Below, piece by piece: positions 28,324 through 36,805 of a stretch of 64,000 nucleotides of DNA (the stretch's first letter is position 1; every line of letters begins with the position of its first letter). The notes under the pieces were generated by a model. That model searched no databases, was not told the origin of the DNA, and saw only the letters and a list, made by a program, of their open reading frames with translations. A program made the position numbers and the translations under genes. Origin of the DNA: an uncultured Planctomycetia bacterium (GTDB lineage Bacteria > Planctomycetota > UBA8108 > UBA1146); NCBI GenBank assembly GCA_964412635.1, contig CAYPPQ010000003.1, positions 24,491 through 88,490 of the forward strand, given 5' to 3'.

Positions 28324-29147
28324 ACCCCCGTTCCTGCAGCATATGCGTGAACCAGGATCACGTGTAGCAACACCAGGATTACCAAGGCACCTGTGCCCGG
28401 GAGATGGATCAGCAGCCAGCCTCTCATCCAGAAATGGAGTCGAAGTTGACGATCGAGTGCCGACTTTCTCAGCACGATGTGATGAATCTGTTCCTCGATA
28501 CTGTTGGATTCTTGTTTCGAGAAGTTGCTGTGCCGCGAATAGGAATCTGCCACCGCATCTGGTAGGTACTGGTTTTCCTTGCTCCCCGAGGAGTGGGAGT
28601 TTGCCTTGCTGAACAGGAATGGGCGAAGAATTGACAGATAGACCTTCTCGTATTCGCTGTGAGGTGCTGACTTCCGGAGTTCGATGATCAACGAATCGGC
28701 TTCTTTGACAAGGGAGGCGATCTCATGATCGATCCTTGCAGGAAGAAGATGAATCGACTCCCGCAACGGTTGAGGAATCGTTCTCATCAATATCCAACCG
28801 GTGAAACCGCTCATCAGGATGACGGAGTATCCGATCCAGAGCAGCGATTCAAAGGTGCCTGTCGGCAAACGAAAATCGGTGTGTTCAAGGAAGAAGTAGC
28901 CACTGAGAACTCCCGTAGTCAGGTGCAGCATCAACCAGGTTGAGGTTTTGCCGAGCGGAAGGAAGGGCAACTTCTTACGGATCCCATAGACGCATAGCAA
29001 CACGAAGCTGCCGAGAAGAAACCAGCCACTGGCCCTGGCAGGATCACCGAGGGATCGGTCTGCCTCGAGAATGCAGAAGCGAAAGGCGATGAACGCAACC
29101 ACCAGAAAGATGATCAAGGAAGTGGAAGGAGTCCTCAGGTTGATCAT
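28320..29147 (-). CDS. Integral membrane protein, ~5 TM with conserved His in the helices; candidate di-heme cytochrome b / quinol-interacting anchor
   Basis: ATG 29147 (MINLRTPSTSLIIFLVVAF) overlaps the upstream stop in TGATG, with GGAGG 8 nt upstream. His residues lie in predicted TMs (LMLHLTTG, LLIHLPG, LLHVILVHAY). The function is inference. Confidence 0.55.
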   Translation of the reverse strand: MINLRTPSTSLIIFLVVAFIAFRFCILEADRSLGDPARASGWFLLGSFVLLCVYGIRKKLPFLPLGKTSTWLMLHLTTGVLSGYFFLEHTDFRLPTGTFESLLWIGYSVILMSGFTGWILMRTIPQPLRESIHLLPARIDHEIASLVKEADSLIIELRKSAPHSEYEKVYLSILRPFLFSKANSHSSGSKENQYLPDAVADSYSRHSNFSKQESNSIEEQIHHIVLRKSALDRQLRLHFWMRGWLLIHLPGTGALVILVLLHVILVHAYAAGTGV

Positions 29148-30862
29148 CAGGATCTCCTCCACAAGCGATCGGAAAAATCGCGCTCGCCGAAGTTGACCCT
29201 GTGAAGTGCATCATGAGGACAGGCATTGACACATGCTGGCCCCGAGGGCTGGTCGATGCACAGATCACATTTCGTTGCCCGCAGGATGGGACTTCCAGAT
29301 TTCGAGTCTATGACGGGTCTTCCCCTGGAGTCTTTGATCTCGACCGTGCGGATGTTGTCGTAGGGGCAGGCGTCAACGCATGTCGCGCAACCGATACAGG
29401 TGGAATCCTGGATGACGACGTTACCGCTGGAGTTTTCACGATGAATGGCTCCAGTCGGGCAACCCACGAGACAGACTGGATCGCAACAGTGCATGCATGC
29501 GGAAGCGACCATCAACTGGGCATGTCTTTGCCCCTCCCTGATGAAACGTGGATTCCCATCATGGGTGATGGCGCAGGCTTTGACGCAATCGTCGCAATCG
29601 GTACATCGATCCATGTCGATGACCATCGTCTGATTCCCATTGATGGTTCTGTGATTGACGATGAAATCGAGGAACTCCCGGGAGACATTGAGTTTGTCTC
29701 CGCGCATGCCGAACTCTTCAAGGAGGAGGCTTTCGGAAATGTGGGGAAGGATCAACTCCTTGACCGCTGGAGTGGAGATCATCAAGAGATCAGTAGCGCC
29801 GATGCAGTGCAGGCTGCTGGAAGCGATTGGCGTTTCCCCTGAGTTCTTGGCTTCGATCAGTTCCTTTAGTCCGAAGAGATCTCCGGGTCTCAGGTAGTCG
29901 ACGGTGTCGGTGACCCCTCGACTGTTTCTGGATAATCGTGCAAAGCCGTTGAGTAGCACGTAGATGCCGTCGAGCCTCCAGCCTTTCTTGATGACGAGAG
30001 TCTCCTGATCGAGAATTTTATCTCGGTTTTCCTCTGTTGTTCGAATCCCGTGATTCCAGTTCTCGTTGCCGTGTCGTTCAAAGATGAAAACATCCATCAG
30101 CTTTGATCTGTCGACAGGAGGGATCATTTCAAAGAGCGGGAGGTCAGAAAAGAGGTTGCCCAGAGATCTGGATCTGACTTCTTCTTCGAGGTATTCCCTG
30201 AACATCGGCGATTTCCTGCAGATGTCACGGACCCCTTGCCACCGTAGTTCCAGAACTTCCGTTTTTTCGGCGGTGAAGACGGTGGCTGTTCTCGATGATC
30301 TTCTGAGGGCGGCGATTTCTCCGATCGACCTTCCGATTGGAATCTCTACAGATTTGAACTCCTCGATGAACTGATCGAGGTCGTAGGGAACCAGCCGCGA
30401 TTGTTTGATCACCTCCTTTTCATCGATGGTGGAGGTACTGACGCGATCGACATTTCTCGATTCGGTATGGCTGGAGTTGTTCCACAACTGCGAGAGAGCC
30501 TGCCACCAGGTTCGCTTTGGTGGCGCGCTTCTGGTTTGAAGCTTTTCTTCGCCTGCGGGATCGATGAGGACATGGGTGGAACCAGCCAGGACGAAAAATA
30601 CCGATCCGCCATAGTCACCCTTACGGATGATGATCTCGCCAGGTTGATAGCTGACCAATCGGGCGTCGTTTTTGAGGATGTCGACGATGGTCGCACCACT
30701 GGCTTGAAAGTCAGTGCATGCGAAGGAAAGGGCCGTCCCTGTCAGGGCCCAATCAACCGTCTGGTCCGGGAGTAGTTCATCGCCGAAGGGCTGGTCCCAG
30801 CGTCTCGGGCGATCTACTTTGACTTCCTGTTCATCCATGGCGGGTATTTGTTCCAGGTTCAC
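29147..30862 (-). CDS. Fusion protein: tandem cyclic-nucleotide-binding (cNMP) domains + NrfC/DmsB-like ferredoxin with four [4Fe-4S] Cys motifs
   Basis: Phosphate-binding cassette GEIAALRRSSRTATVFTAE, and a second degenerate cNMP domain. C-terminal CTDCDDCVKAC, CMHCCDPVCLVGCP, CIGCATCVDACP, CDLCIDQPSGPACVNACP. GTG start with an AGGAG upstream, overlapping the upstream stop by 1 nt. Confidence 0.75.
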   Translation of the reverse strand: MNLEQIPAMDEQEVKVDRPRRWDQPFGDELLPDQTVDWALTGTALSFACTDFQASGATIVDILKNDARLVSYQPGEIIIRKGDYGGSVFFVLAGSTHVLIDPAGEEKLQTRSAPPKRTWWQALSQLWNNSSHTESRNVDRVSTSTIDEKEVIKQSRLVPYDLDQFIEEFKSVEIPIGRSIGEIAALRRSSRTATVFTAEKTEVLELRWQGVRDICRKSPMFREYLEEEVRSRSLGNLFSDLPLFEMIPPVDRSKLMDVFIFERHGNENWNHGIRTTEENRDKILDQETLVIKKGWRLDGIYVLLNGFARLSRNSRGVTDTVDYLRPGDLFGLKELIEAKNSGETPIASSSLHCIGATDLLMISTPAVKELILPHISESLLLEEFGMRGDKLNVSREFLDFIVNHRTINGNQTMVIDMDRCTDCDDCVKACAITHDGNPRFIREGQRHAQLMVASACMHCCDPVCLVGCPTGAIHRENSSGNVVIQDSTCIGCATCVDACPYDNIRTVEIKDSRGRPVIDSKSGSPILRATKCDLCIDQPSGPACVNACPHDALHRVNFGERDFSDRLWRRS

Positions 30863-31896
30863 TACTCCTGTTTTACAGATCCCATCTTGTAGTCCTCTTC
30901 CTTTGCAATCAGTGCGTCTATTGCAGAGAGGGTACTGCCATCATTCAGTTTTGCGAAAGCATTCAGCGAAGCCGTGATCTGTTCCGAAGCAGCAGCAATT
31001 GCATCTTGATTCTTCAGACTCATCTTCAGATCGACGATGGCGGTCATCGCCTCCTTGATCTGGGGGTTATCGAGGACTTCATTCACGGCCTTGAGTCTCT
31101 TTCTCAGGAGGCTGAACCGCTTGGCGTTCTTGATCGCGTAAGTCCCCTTCGCCGTTGCGGTGGCCACTGCTTTGAGAACGATTTCCATCTCTGCCATGAT
31201 GCCGATGATGTGGAACAACCTCTGCTTCTCGATGGTTGCGAGTTTGTTTTCTTTGCCCTTGGAGTAGAAGTTGTTGTGGCGAACGATCCCCTGGCTCCAC
31301 GAAACCAGTTCGAACTCACTTCCAGAGGAGTGTTTTCCAGTGTTGACAAGGTCCTCGTGGGGCACGACGTGGCAACTGACGCAGTTCCTGGCGATGCTCA
31401 GTACCATCGATGGTCGTAGCATTCCCGCCGCTTCGGAATCGCTCCAGCGAGTTGCGATCTCTTCATCTGTCTCCTCGCCCTCTTCCTTGTCACTGAACTC
31501 GCCGTGCCGCTTCATCCAGTCCGCAGCAGCCCCGTGACACGATTCACAGGAGATACCGTTGGAGATCAGATGGGTCTTCTCCTCCGACTGTTGAGCGGTG
31601 GCATGACAGTTGATACAGAGGCTTTCTCTGGTGATTCGAGCGATGCCCATCTTCTTGGCGATGGCTTGGCCTTCCTTGCTGCGGTGCACTCCTGTGATGG
31701 ACTCGTGATGTGGAGTCTTTTCCCAGATGCCTCCGGAGTGCTTGTGACATTCGATGCACTCGGCAGGCCCCATCACCTTCGAGGAATCAAAACCGGGGCC
31801 GGTGGGGAGATCTTCCCGCGCCCTCTCGGCTGCACCGAAAGAGATTGCGGTGAGGACAATGGTGATCGCAATAGTAGTGGAGGGTTTTTTCTTCAT
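30862..31896 (-). CDS. Tetraheme c-type cytochrome, secreted or membrane-anchored
   Basis: CIECH, CINCH, CESCH, CVSCH. Signal MKKKPSTTIAITIVLTAISFGAA from ATG 31896; the alternative ATG is 31935. Long alpha-helical C-terminal half. Confidence 0.75.
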   Translation of the reverse strand: MKKKPSTTIAITIVLTAISFGAAERAREDLPTGPGFDSSKVMGPAECIECHKHSGGIWEKTPHHESITGVHRSKEGQAIAKKMGIARITRESLCINCHATAQQSEEKTHLISNGISCESCHGAAADWMKRHGEFSDKEEGEETDEEIATRWSDSEAAGMLRPSMVLSIARNCVSCHVVPHEDLVNTGKHSSGSEFELVSWSQGIVRHNNFYSKGKENKLATIEKQRLFHIIGIMAEMEIVLKAVATATAKGTYAIKNAKRFSLLRKRLKAVNEVLDNPQIKEAMTAIVDLKMSLKNQDAIAAASEQITASLNAFAKLNDGSTLSAIDALIAKEEDYKMGSVKQE

Positions 31897-31941
31897 CCGT
31901 TGTGTTCTCCCTTGATTCGGTCTAACAACATCCATGATGTT

Positions 31942-33225
31942 TCAAACATCCAGAATCACATCAGAGGTTGGTCTCGCCACGCATGTAAGGCAATGTCCTC
32001 GTGAGATGTCTACCTCGGGTTCTTCGTCATACTTTACCTTGCCCTCCTGGAGAGGGACTTCACAGGTTCCACAGTTTCCTGACCGGCAGCTGCTATCGAT
32101 GTGAATTCCGGCTTCTTCCGCCAGCTCCAGTATCGAACTGGTGCCATCCCACAGGAGAGATTGATTGCTGCTGTTGAATCGTATTGTCAACTTCTCGGCG
32201 GATGTAGAGGGCTCCGTCGCTGCCGTCGATTCAGGGGAAGGCTTTTTTCGAGTGGATGCGGGACCAAAAGCCTCCATCAAGATACTGTCGGATGAGACTC
32301 CCGATTTTTCCAGCGCAGGGACAATTGCAGACATCATCGGCGGTGGGCCACAGATGTAATACTGGAGGTCTCCTCCGCCGGTGATCTGGACGAGGCGCTC
32401 GACATCGAGGAATCCGCTGTGGTAGGCAGGATCGTCTGAGGTGAGGTCCTTGCCCTCCTTCTGATGACTGTAGAAGACATGGAGATCCAGATTGCTTCTG
32501 TCGGAGATGAGCTGCTGGATGTGGTCGCGGAATGGATGTTCCTCGCGATTCCTGACAGCATGGATGAAGAAGCACTTTCGATCGATCTTCTCGTTGCAGA
32601 TGGTCTCGAGCATGCTCAACAGAGGAGTGACGCCGATGCCCCCTGCCACGAAGACTGCTGGACGGGGATCGTTGCGGTCAAGGATGAATCGACCTGCAGG
32701 ACTGCTCACCTCGAGTAGATCACCGACGGCGATGCTGTGGTGCAAGTAGGAGGAGCCCTGCCCTGGAGGCGCATCCGGCTGGTCGGGAGGTGGCGGAATT
32801 TTCTTCACGGTGATCTTGTAGAGATTCGCATCCCCGGGGGCACTGGAGAGAGAATAGTTGCGGATGGTGGGTTTGGTTTGCCCGGGGATTCGAAACTGAA
32901 ATCCGAGGTGCTGTCCCGGTTCAAAACTGGGTAACGCTTCGCCATCGATGGGTCGAATCAAGAAGGAACAGATGTCATCTGCCTCTGGCAACTTTTCCTC
33001 GAGAATGAAACGGCGATAGCCGCGCCATGCTCTACTCGACTTTGGTGTGCCGGAAGAAACAGGAACTTGTTCGAGTTCCTCCTGCAATTTCACTGCAGAG
33101 AGTTCCATCAACTGGTTGGTTTTCTTGAACGCGATGATGGAAGAGAACATCGAGAACAAGGCCTCCAGCAGGACCAGGAGTACGATTCCTGATCCGATCC
33201 AGAAAATGATTTCGGCGGCATTCAA
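31942..33225 (-). CDS. Membrane-anchored ferredoxin-NAD(P)+ reductase-like oxidoreductase with C-terminal plant-type 2Fe-2S domain (PDR/VanB-like architecture)
   Basis: N-terminal TM IIFWIGSGIVLLVLLEALF. FAD motif RNYSLSS. NAD(P) motif AVFVAGGIGVTPLLSML. C-terminal CRSGNCGTCE...C. TTG start. Confidence 0.8.
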   Translation of the reverse strand: MNAAEIIFWIGSGIVLLVLLEALFSMFSSIIAFKKTNQLMELSAVKLQEELEQVPVSSGTPKSSRAWRGYRRFILEEKLPEADDICSFLIRPIDGEALPSFEPGQHLGFQFRIPGQTKPTIRNYSLSSAPGDANLYKITVKKIPPPPDQPDAPPGQGSSYLHHSIAVGDLLEVSSPAGRFILDRNDPRPAVFVAGGIGVTPLLSMLETICNEKIDRKCFFIHAVRNREEHPFRDHIQQLISDRSNLDLHVFYSHQKEGKDLTSDDPAYHSGFLDVERLVQITGGGDLQYYICGPPPMMSAIVPALEKSGVSSDSILMEAFGPASTRKKPSPESTAATEPSTSAEKLTIRFNSSNQSLLWDGTSSILELAEEAGIHIDSSCRSGNCGTCEVPLQEGKVKYDEEPEVDISRGHCLTCVARPTSDVILDV

Positions 33226-33228
33226 TCG

Positions 33229-34671
33229 TCAGAACCTCACCAGAAACTCGGTTCGAATCCCATTGTTGGTGGCACCGCCCTCGTCCATCTTCGTGTAGCC
33301 ATCGCATTGCAGCATCACTCTATTCGAGAGTTTTTCCTGGAATCGGATTCCCACCGCTCCCGAAGCGGGGTCACTTCCCTCCGTCGGTGTTCTTCCACCC
33401 AGTTCGACGATGAAGTTACGTTCTCCTCCGGAAAGGACCCACTGGTAGCCGACTGCGCCGCCGAAGGAGCGATCTGCTCGATTGCCCAGTGCTGGCTTGA
33501 AACTGCCCAGTCCTGCCGCAGCGAAGAGGATGCCGGCCTTGCCCAGGGGACCACCCTTGGCCGGTGATCTTCCCGCTGAGGAGAACTCATCGATGCCGAG
33601 GAAGAGAGTGCCGTAGGCGTTGTCATCGGTCCCAAAAGGAGTGGTCGATGCTTCGGCGAAGAACAGCATCCCGTCACTGACCTGAGCGTTGTCCGCTTCC
33701 GATGCGGATGAAGCACACCAGCGAATTGTAGTGTTGAAGGTGCGCCCCCATTTCTTGATCCGTTGCGATGATCCGAGTCCAGCGAAGATCCCATCACCTC
33801 CCTGGTCGATCGGCGCAGTGACGGCGACGAGATCGGCATCGATGGTACTGGCGTAGGTGTCGGTCTCGGTGGAAATCCCGAACAACCTCGACTGTGTGGC
33901 AAGCTTGTTGTCATCGCGGTGCAGCTGTCCCCAGCCATAGATCATGGTGAGGCGCATATTGGACGCACCAGTGAAGGGGATGAAACGAGTGACTCCGAAA
34001 GCGTCCATGTTGTCGTTGACCAGGATGCCATCTTGCAGATCAACACCCCATCTGCCGAAACTGAAACCGTAATCGAGTTTCTTGTTTCCGGCCGGATCAA
34101 TTCGAGGGAACAACTCGCTGAGTTCTCCTTCGAAGAAGAAGGTGGTCAACTCGAGGCTGGTGTTGTCGTTCCAACCTTCGTTGGCTTCCGGTTCGATGGT
34201 GTAGCCGGTGAACTGGCCCTGGTCCTGAAGCGGTTGAAGTCCAACAAGAATTCTCTCGGTACCGGTGAATTGCAGGTTCGCAAAGAGATCGATGCGATTG
34301 GCCCATTCGATCTTCCGGTTGTCGTTCCCGGAGGGGTCGATGACGTTGATGCCGGTTCGTAGATTTCCGTAGACCCACAACGACGGTCGCCAGACAGCAC
34401 CGGTGGGAATGTCAAAGCCTCGCTCCAGTCGACCGGTGTCGAGAAAACCTGGACCCAGTTCCAGTAACGGTGGAGTCGGCTCGATCTGATCCTCGGGGAT
34501 CAGCGGGATGGGGTGATCTGGAAGTCTGCTGGGACTCTCTTCTTGCTGCGATAAGCCTTGCTGGCTGAAGAGGAGGAGTACCCCGCACAGGATCGTCACC
34601 TGCAGGCGCTGGAAGGGGGAAGAACTGCTCCACCCAGGAGATCTGGCGGGTTGGATCTGCACTGGATTCAA
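33229..34671 (-). CDS. Putative outer-membrane beta-barrel protein (porin-like) co-transcribed with multiheme cytochromes
   Basis: 480 aa. N-terminal signal-like LQVTILCGVLLLFSQQGLSQQ. Alternating amphipathic beta-strand pattern throughout. The C-terminus ...EFLVRF ends in Phe. A 4-nt overlap with the pentaheme gene. Confidence 0.5.
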   Translation of the reverse strand: MNPVQIQPARSPGWSSSSPFQRLQVTILCGVLLLFSQQGLSQQEESPSRLPDHPIPLIPEDQIEPTPPLLELGPGFLDTGRLERGFDIPTGAVWRPSLWVYGNLRTGINVIDPSGNDNRKIEWANRIDLFANLQFTGTERILVGLQPLQDQGQFTGYTIEPEANEGWNDNTSLELTTFFFEGELSELFPRIDPAGNKKLDYGFSFGRWGVDLQDGILVNDNMDAFGVTRFIPFTGASNMRLTMIYGWGQLHRDDNKLATQSRLFGISTETDTYASTIDADLVAVTAPIDQGGDGIFAGLGSSQRIKKWGRTFNTTIRWCASSASEADNAQVSDGMLFFAEASTTPFGTDDNAYGTLFLGIDEFSSAGRSPAKGGPLGKAGILFAAAGLGSFKPALGNRADRSFGGAVGYQWVLSGGERNFIVELGGRTPTEGSDPASGAVGIRFQEKLSNRVMLQCDGYTKMDEGGATNNGIRTEFLVRF

Positions 34672-36560
34672 GATCCTTCTCCTTTCGGCGTGGGGATCTC
34701 CACGACAGTGGACTTTTCGGCGACCACCACGGCTCCTTCCACCAGGCGTTCGCCCAGTTCGCGGGGGGACATTCCGTAGTCAAAGCCAACGTGCATCGTC
34801 TGGTGGATCAGATTGACAGGAACTGCCTGGGAGACGAAGCGCGCCTCGACACTGTAGGGGCCGTTCCCTGTCAGCAAATCTGCATCGACATGGTAGCGTG
34901 CGGTTCGGTACCCGAGAGGCTCGATGCCGCGACGGTGTTTTCTCATCCCTTTCGGATGACCGTAGATATTGTTGGGCCTCGATGCCGGTCGGATGAAGGG
35001 AAGAGCCGTCACAGAACTGTTGATGGTGAGGACCTGCTCGCGGTCTCCGCCTCTGATGTTTCTCGACATGAACTTGGACTGCAGGTTGAACAGTTGCTCA
35101 TCTAACTCGATTTCGCCACTGCGGACATAGAGTGAGAAGCTATCCCTGACATCTCCATTTGGATCTCGATCTCCAGAGACGAAGACCACTTCTCCGCCGG
35201 AATCCTTGACCTCGATCTGAACCACGAATAATCGTTCCGCATCGAATCCTGTCGGGAGGTTGTGACCGGTGGTGAGGTTCTTGACATCGATTTCGAGATC
35301 GATCCCGTCTTCGCTGGCATCGGTCACGCGGATGTCGGAGAGGCCGAATCCTCGCTTCAGCACGGCGATTCGTTGCTGCTTGGCCCACTCGAGCAATTCG
35401 AGTTGCTCATCGATGATCGCCCTGGCTGCTTCTCTATCGTCGATTGAGAACCACTCATCGGGGAACTCGAAATCAGCGGGACAGTTCTCCTCGAACTCCT
35501 CGGTTCCCCAACCAGCCTCGACATCGAAGAGGAGCCAACCTGCCAGTGACTTCAACTCGTTCGCCTTCCGGTTGACGGGGAAGATGCCCGGGTGGATCAG
35601 GGAGTAATCAGGGCCGGCGAAGAAATGATTGGTGAGTTTTCGATCGGCGGTTGGATTTCCGTCAACCTCTGCTGCTGGGCCGAAGTTATAACCGCTGGGA
35701 ATGCCCTGCTCCTTTCCCATGTGGCAGTCGTTGCACGTGATCCCTTCCGCTGCGGCAGGGGAGTTTCTGTACTCGCTGATCAGTTCGTGCACCTTGAGAC
35801 CGTTCGGAGCAAAAACCTCGTGACAGCTGCCACAGAAGGCCGAATCTGAGATCTCCGGGAATTTCTCGATCTCGCCATGGATGGCGCGGCCCACATCTTC
35901 ACGATCGGTGTTGACCTTGAAGGTCTTCGGATCGTTGAGGATCCGGGCCAGTTCATCGTTGCCGTTGGGACCCTTGACTGAATCGTAGACATCTCCCTGA
36001 TCGATTCCGAGTCGCCCCGACACCTTTCGGTACGGCGCACTCATCCGATGGCAGGTGACACAGGTGATCCCCTCCCTCGATGCGGGGTGGCGATCCAGGT
36101 TGGAGATGCTGAAGGCTTCTCCCATGTCGGAGCCCACAGGAGCATGACAGCGGAGACAGAAGTCACCATTGGTGCTGCTGGTCCCGGCATTCATGGCGTT
36201 CTGCATCGACATCATCAAGGGACTCAGTTGCGAGTATGCATGTTGTGACACTGACCATTCCCTGTACTGGGTCGGATGACACAGGGCACATTCGTCAGCC
36301 GAGGGGAAGTTGCTCTTGGCAAATATCTTGGCGTGCGCATCGTCCTGGGTTGGTTTCACTTCCGGTGTTTCGGACGCCTCATCGAGAAGGTCGTCATCGA
36401 GGAGGTCATCATCGAGAAGATCGTCATCGAGGAGGTCGTCTTCGACAGGTTGTGGATCGGGGGGCGGATCCTGGGCGGATAATGAATTCAGTGGAAACAA
36501 CATGATGAAGACACTGAAGACGAAACCGCAGAAGAAGAGCCTCTGTAATGGAATGCCCAT
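34668..36560 (-). CDS. Pentaheme c-type cytochrome with N-terminal (DDDLL)n acidic repeat; first gene of the 7-gene redox operon
   Basis: Signal MGIPLQRLFFCGFVFSVFIMLFPLNSLSA, then DDLLDDDLLDDDLLDDDLLDE. CALCH, CLRCH, CVTCH, CGSCH, CNDCH. ATG 36560 with AGAGGTG upstream. Confidence 0.8.
   Translation of the reverse strand: MGIPLQRLFFCGFVFSVFIMLFPLNSLSAQDPPPDPQPVEDDLLDDDLLDDDLLDDDLLDEASETPEVKPTQDDAHAKIFAKSNFPSADECALCHPTQYREWSVSQHAYSQLSPLMMSMQNAMNAGTSSTNGDFCLRCHAPVGSDMGEAFSISNLDRHPASREGITCVTCHRMSAPYRKVSGRLGIDQGDVYDSVKGPNGNDELARILNDPKTFKVNTDREDVGRAIHGEIEKFPEISDSAFCGSCHEVFAPNGLKVHELISEYRNSPAAAEGITCNDCHMGKEQGIPSGYNFGPAAEVDGNPTADRKLTNHFFAGPDYSLIHPGIFPVNRKANELKSLAGWLLFDVEAGWGTEEFEENCPADFEFPDEWFSIDDREAARAIIDEQLELLEWAKQQRIAVLKRGFGLSDIRVTDASEDGIDLEIDVKNLTTGHNLPTGFDAERLFVVQIEVKDSGGEVVFVSGDRDPNGDVRDSFSLYVRSGEIELDEQLFNLQSKFMSRNIRGGDREQVLTINSSVTALPFIRPASRPNNIYGHPKGMRKHRRGIEPLGYRTARYHVDADLLTGNGPYSVEARFVSQAVPVNLIHQTMHVGFDYGMSPRELGERLVEGAVVVAEKSTVVEIPTPKGEGS
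36371..36430. repeat. 4 x 15-bp tandem repeat encoding (DDDLL)n within the pentaheme cytochrome gene
   Basis: The units are catcgagaaggtcgt / catcgaggaggtcat / catcgagaagatcgt / catcgaggaggtcgt. Confidence 0.85.
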
Positions 36561-36770
36561 GGTCACCTCTTTCCGATCAGGGGAAGAGTATTGAACCGAT
36601 GTCTTTCAAGAGGTATGTCGAAGTGATCACTCAAGAGATTCGATTCGATGTTCAACTCGGCTGCATACTACCAAGGCTGCCACGTCATGAGATGTTCCTT
36701 CTTCAGAATCAACCGTCCATCGCAGGTGGGTCGTAACTGGCAGCAGTGGCTCCTGCATCACAGTGCTGCT

Positions 36771-36794
36771 AGACTCTGCTGCAGACTCTGCTGC
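36771..36794 (+). promoter_or_regulatory. Tandem 12-bp direct repeat AGACTCTGCTGC x2 immediately upstream of the transporter RBS
   Basis: The sequence gctgctAGACTCTGCTGCAGACTCTGCTGCgaggag precedes ATG 36806. Confidence 0.3.
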
Positions 36795-36805
36795 GAGGAG
36801 TAGTG

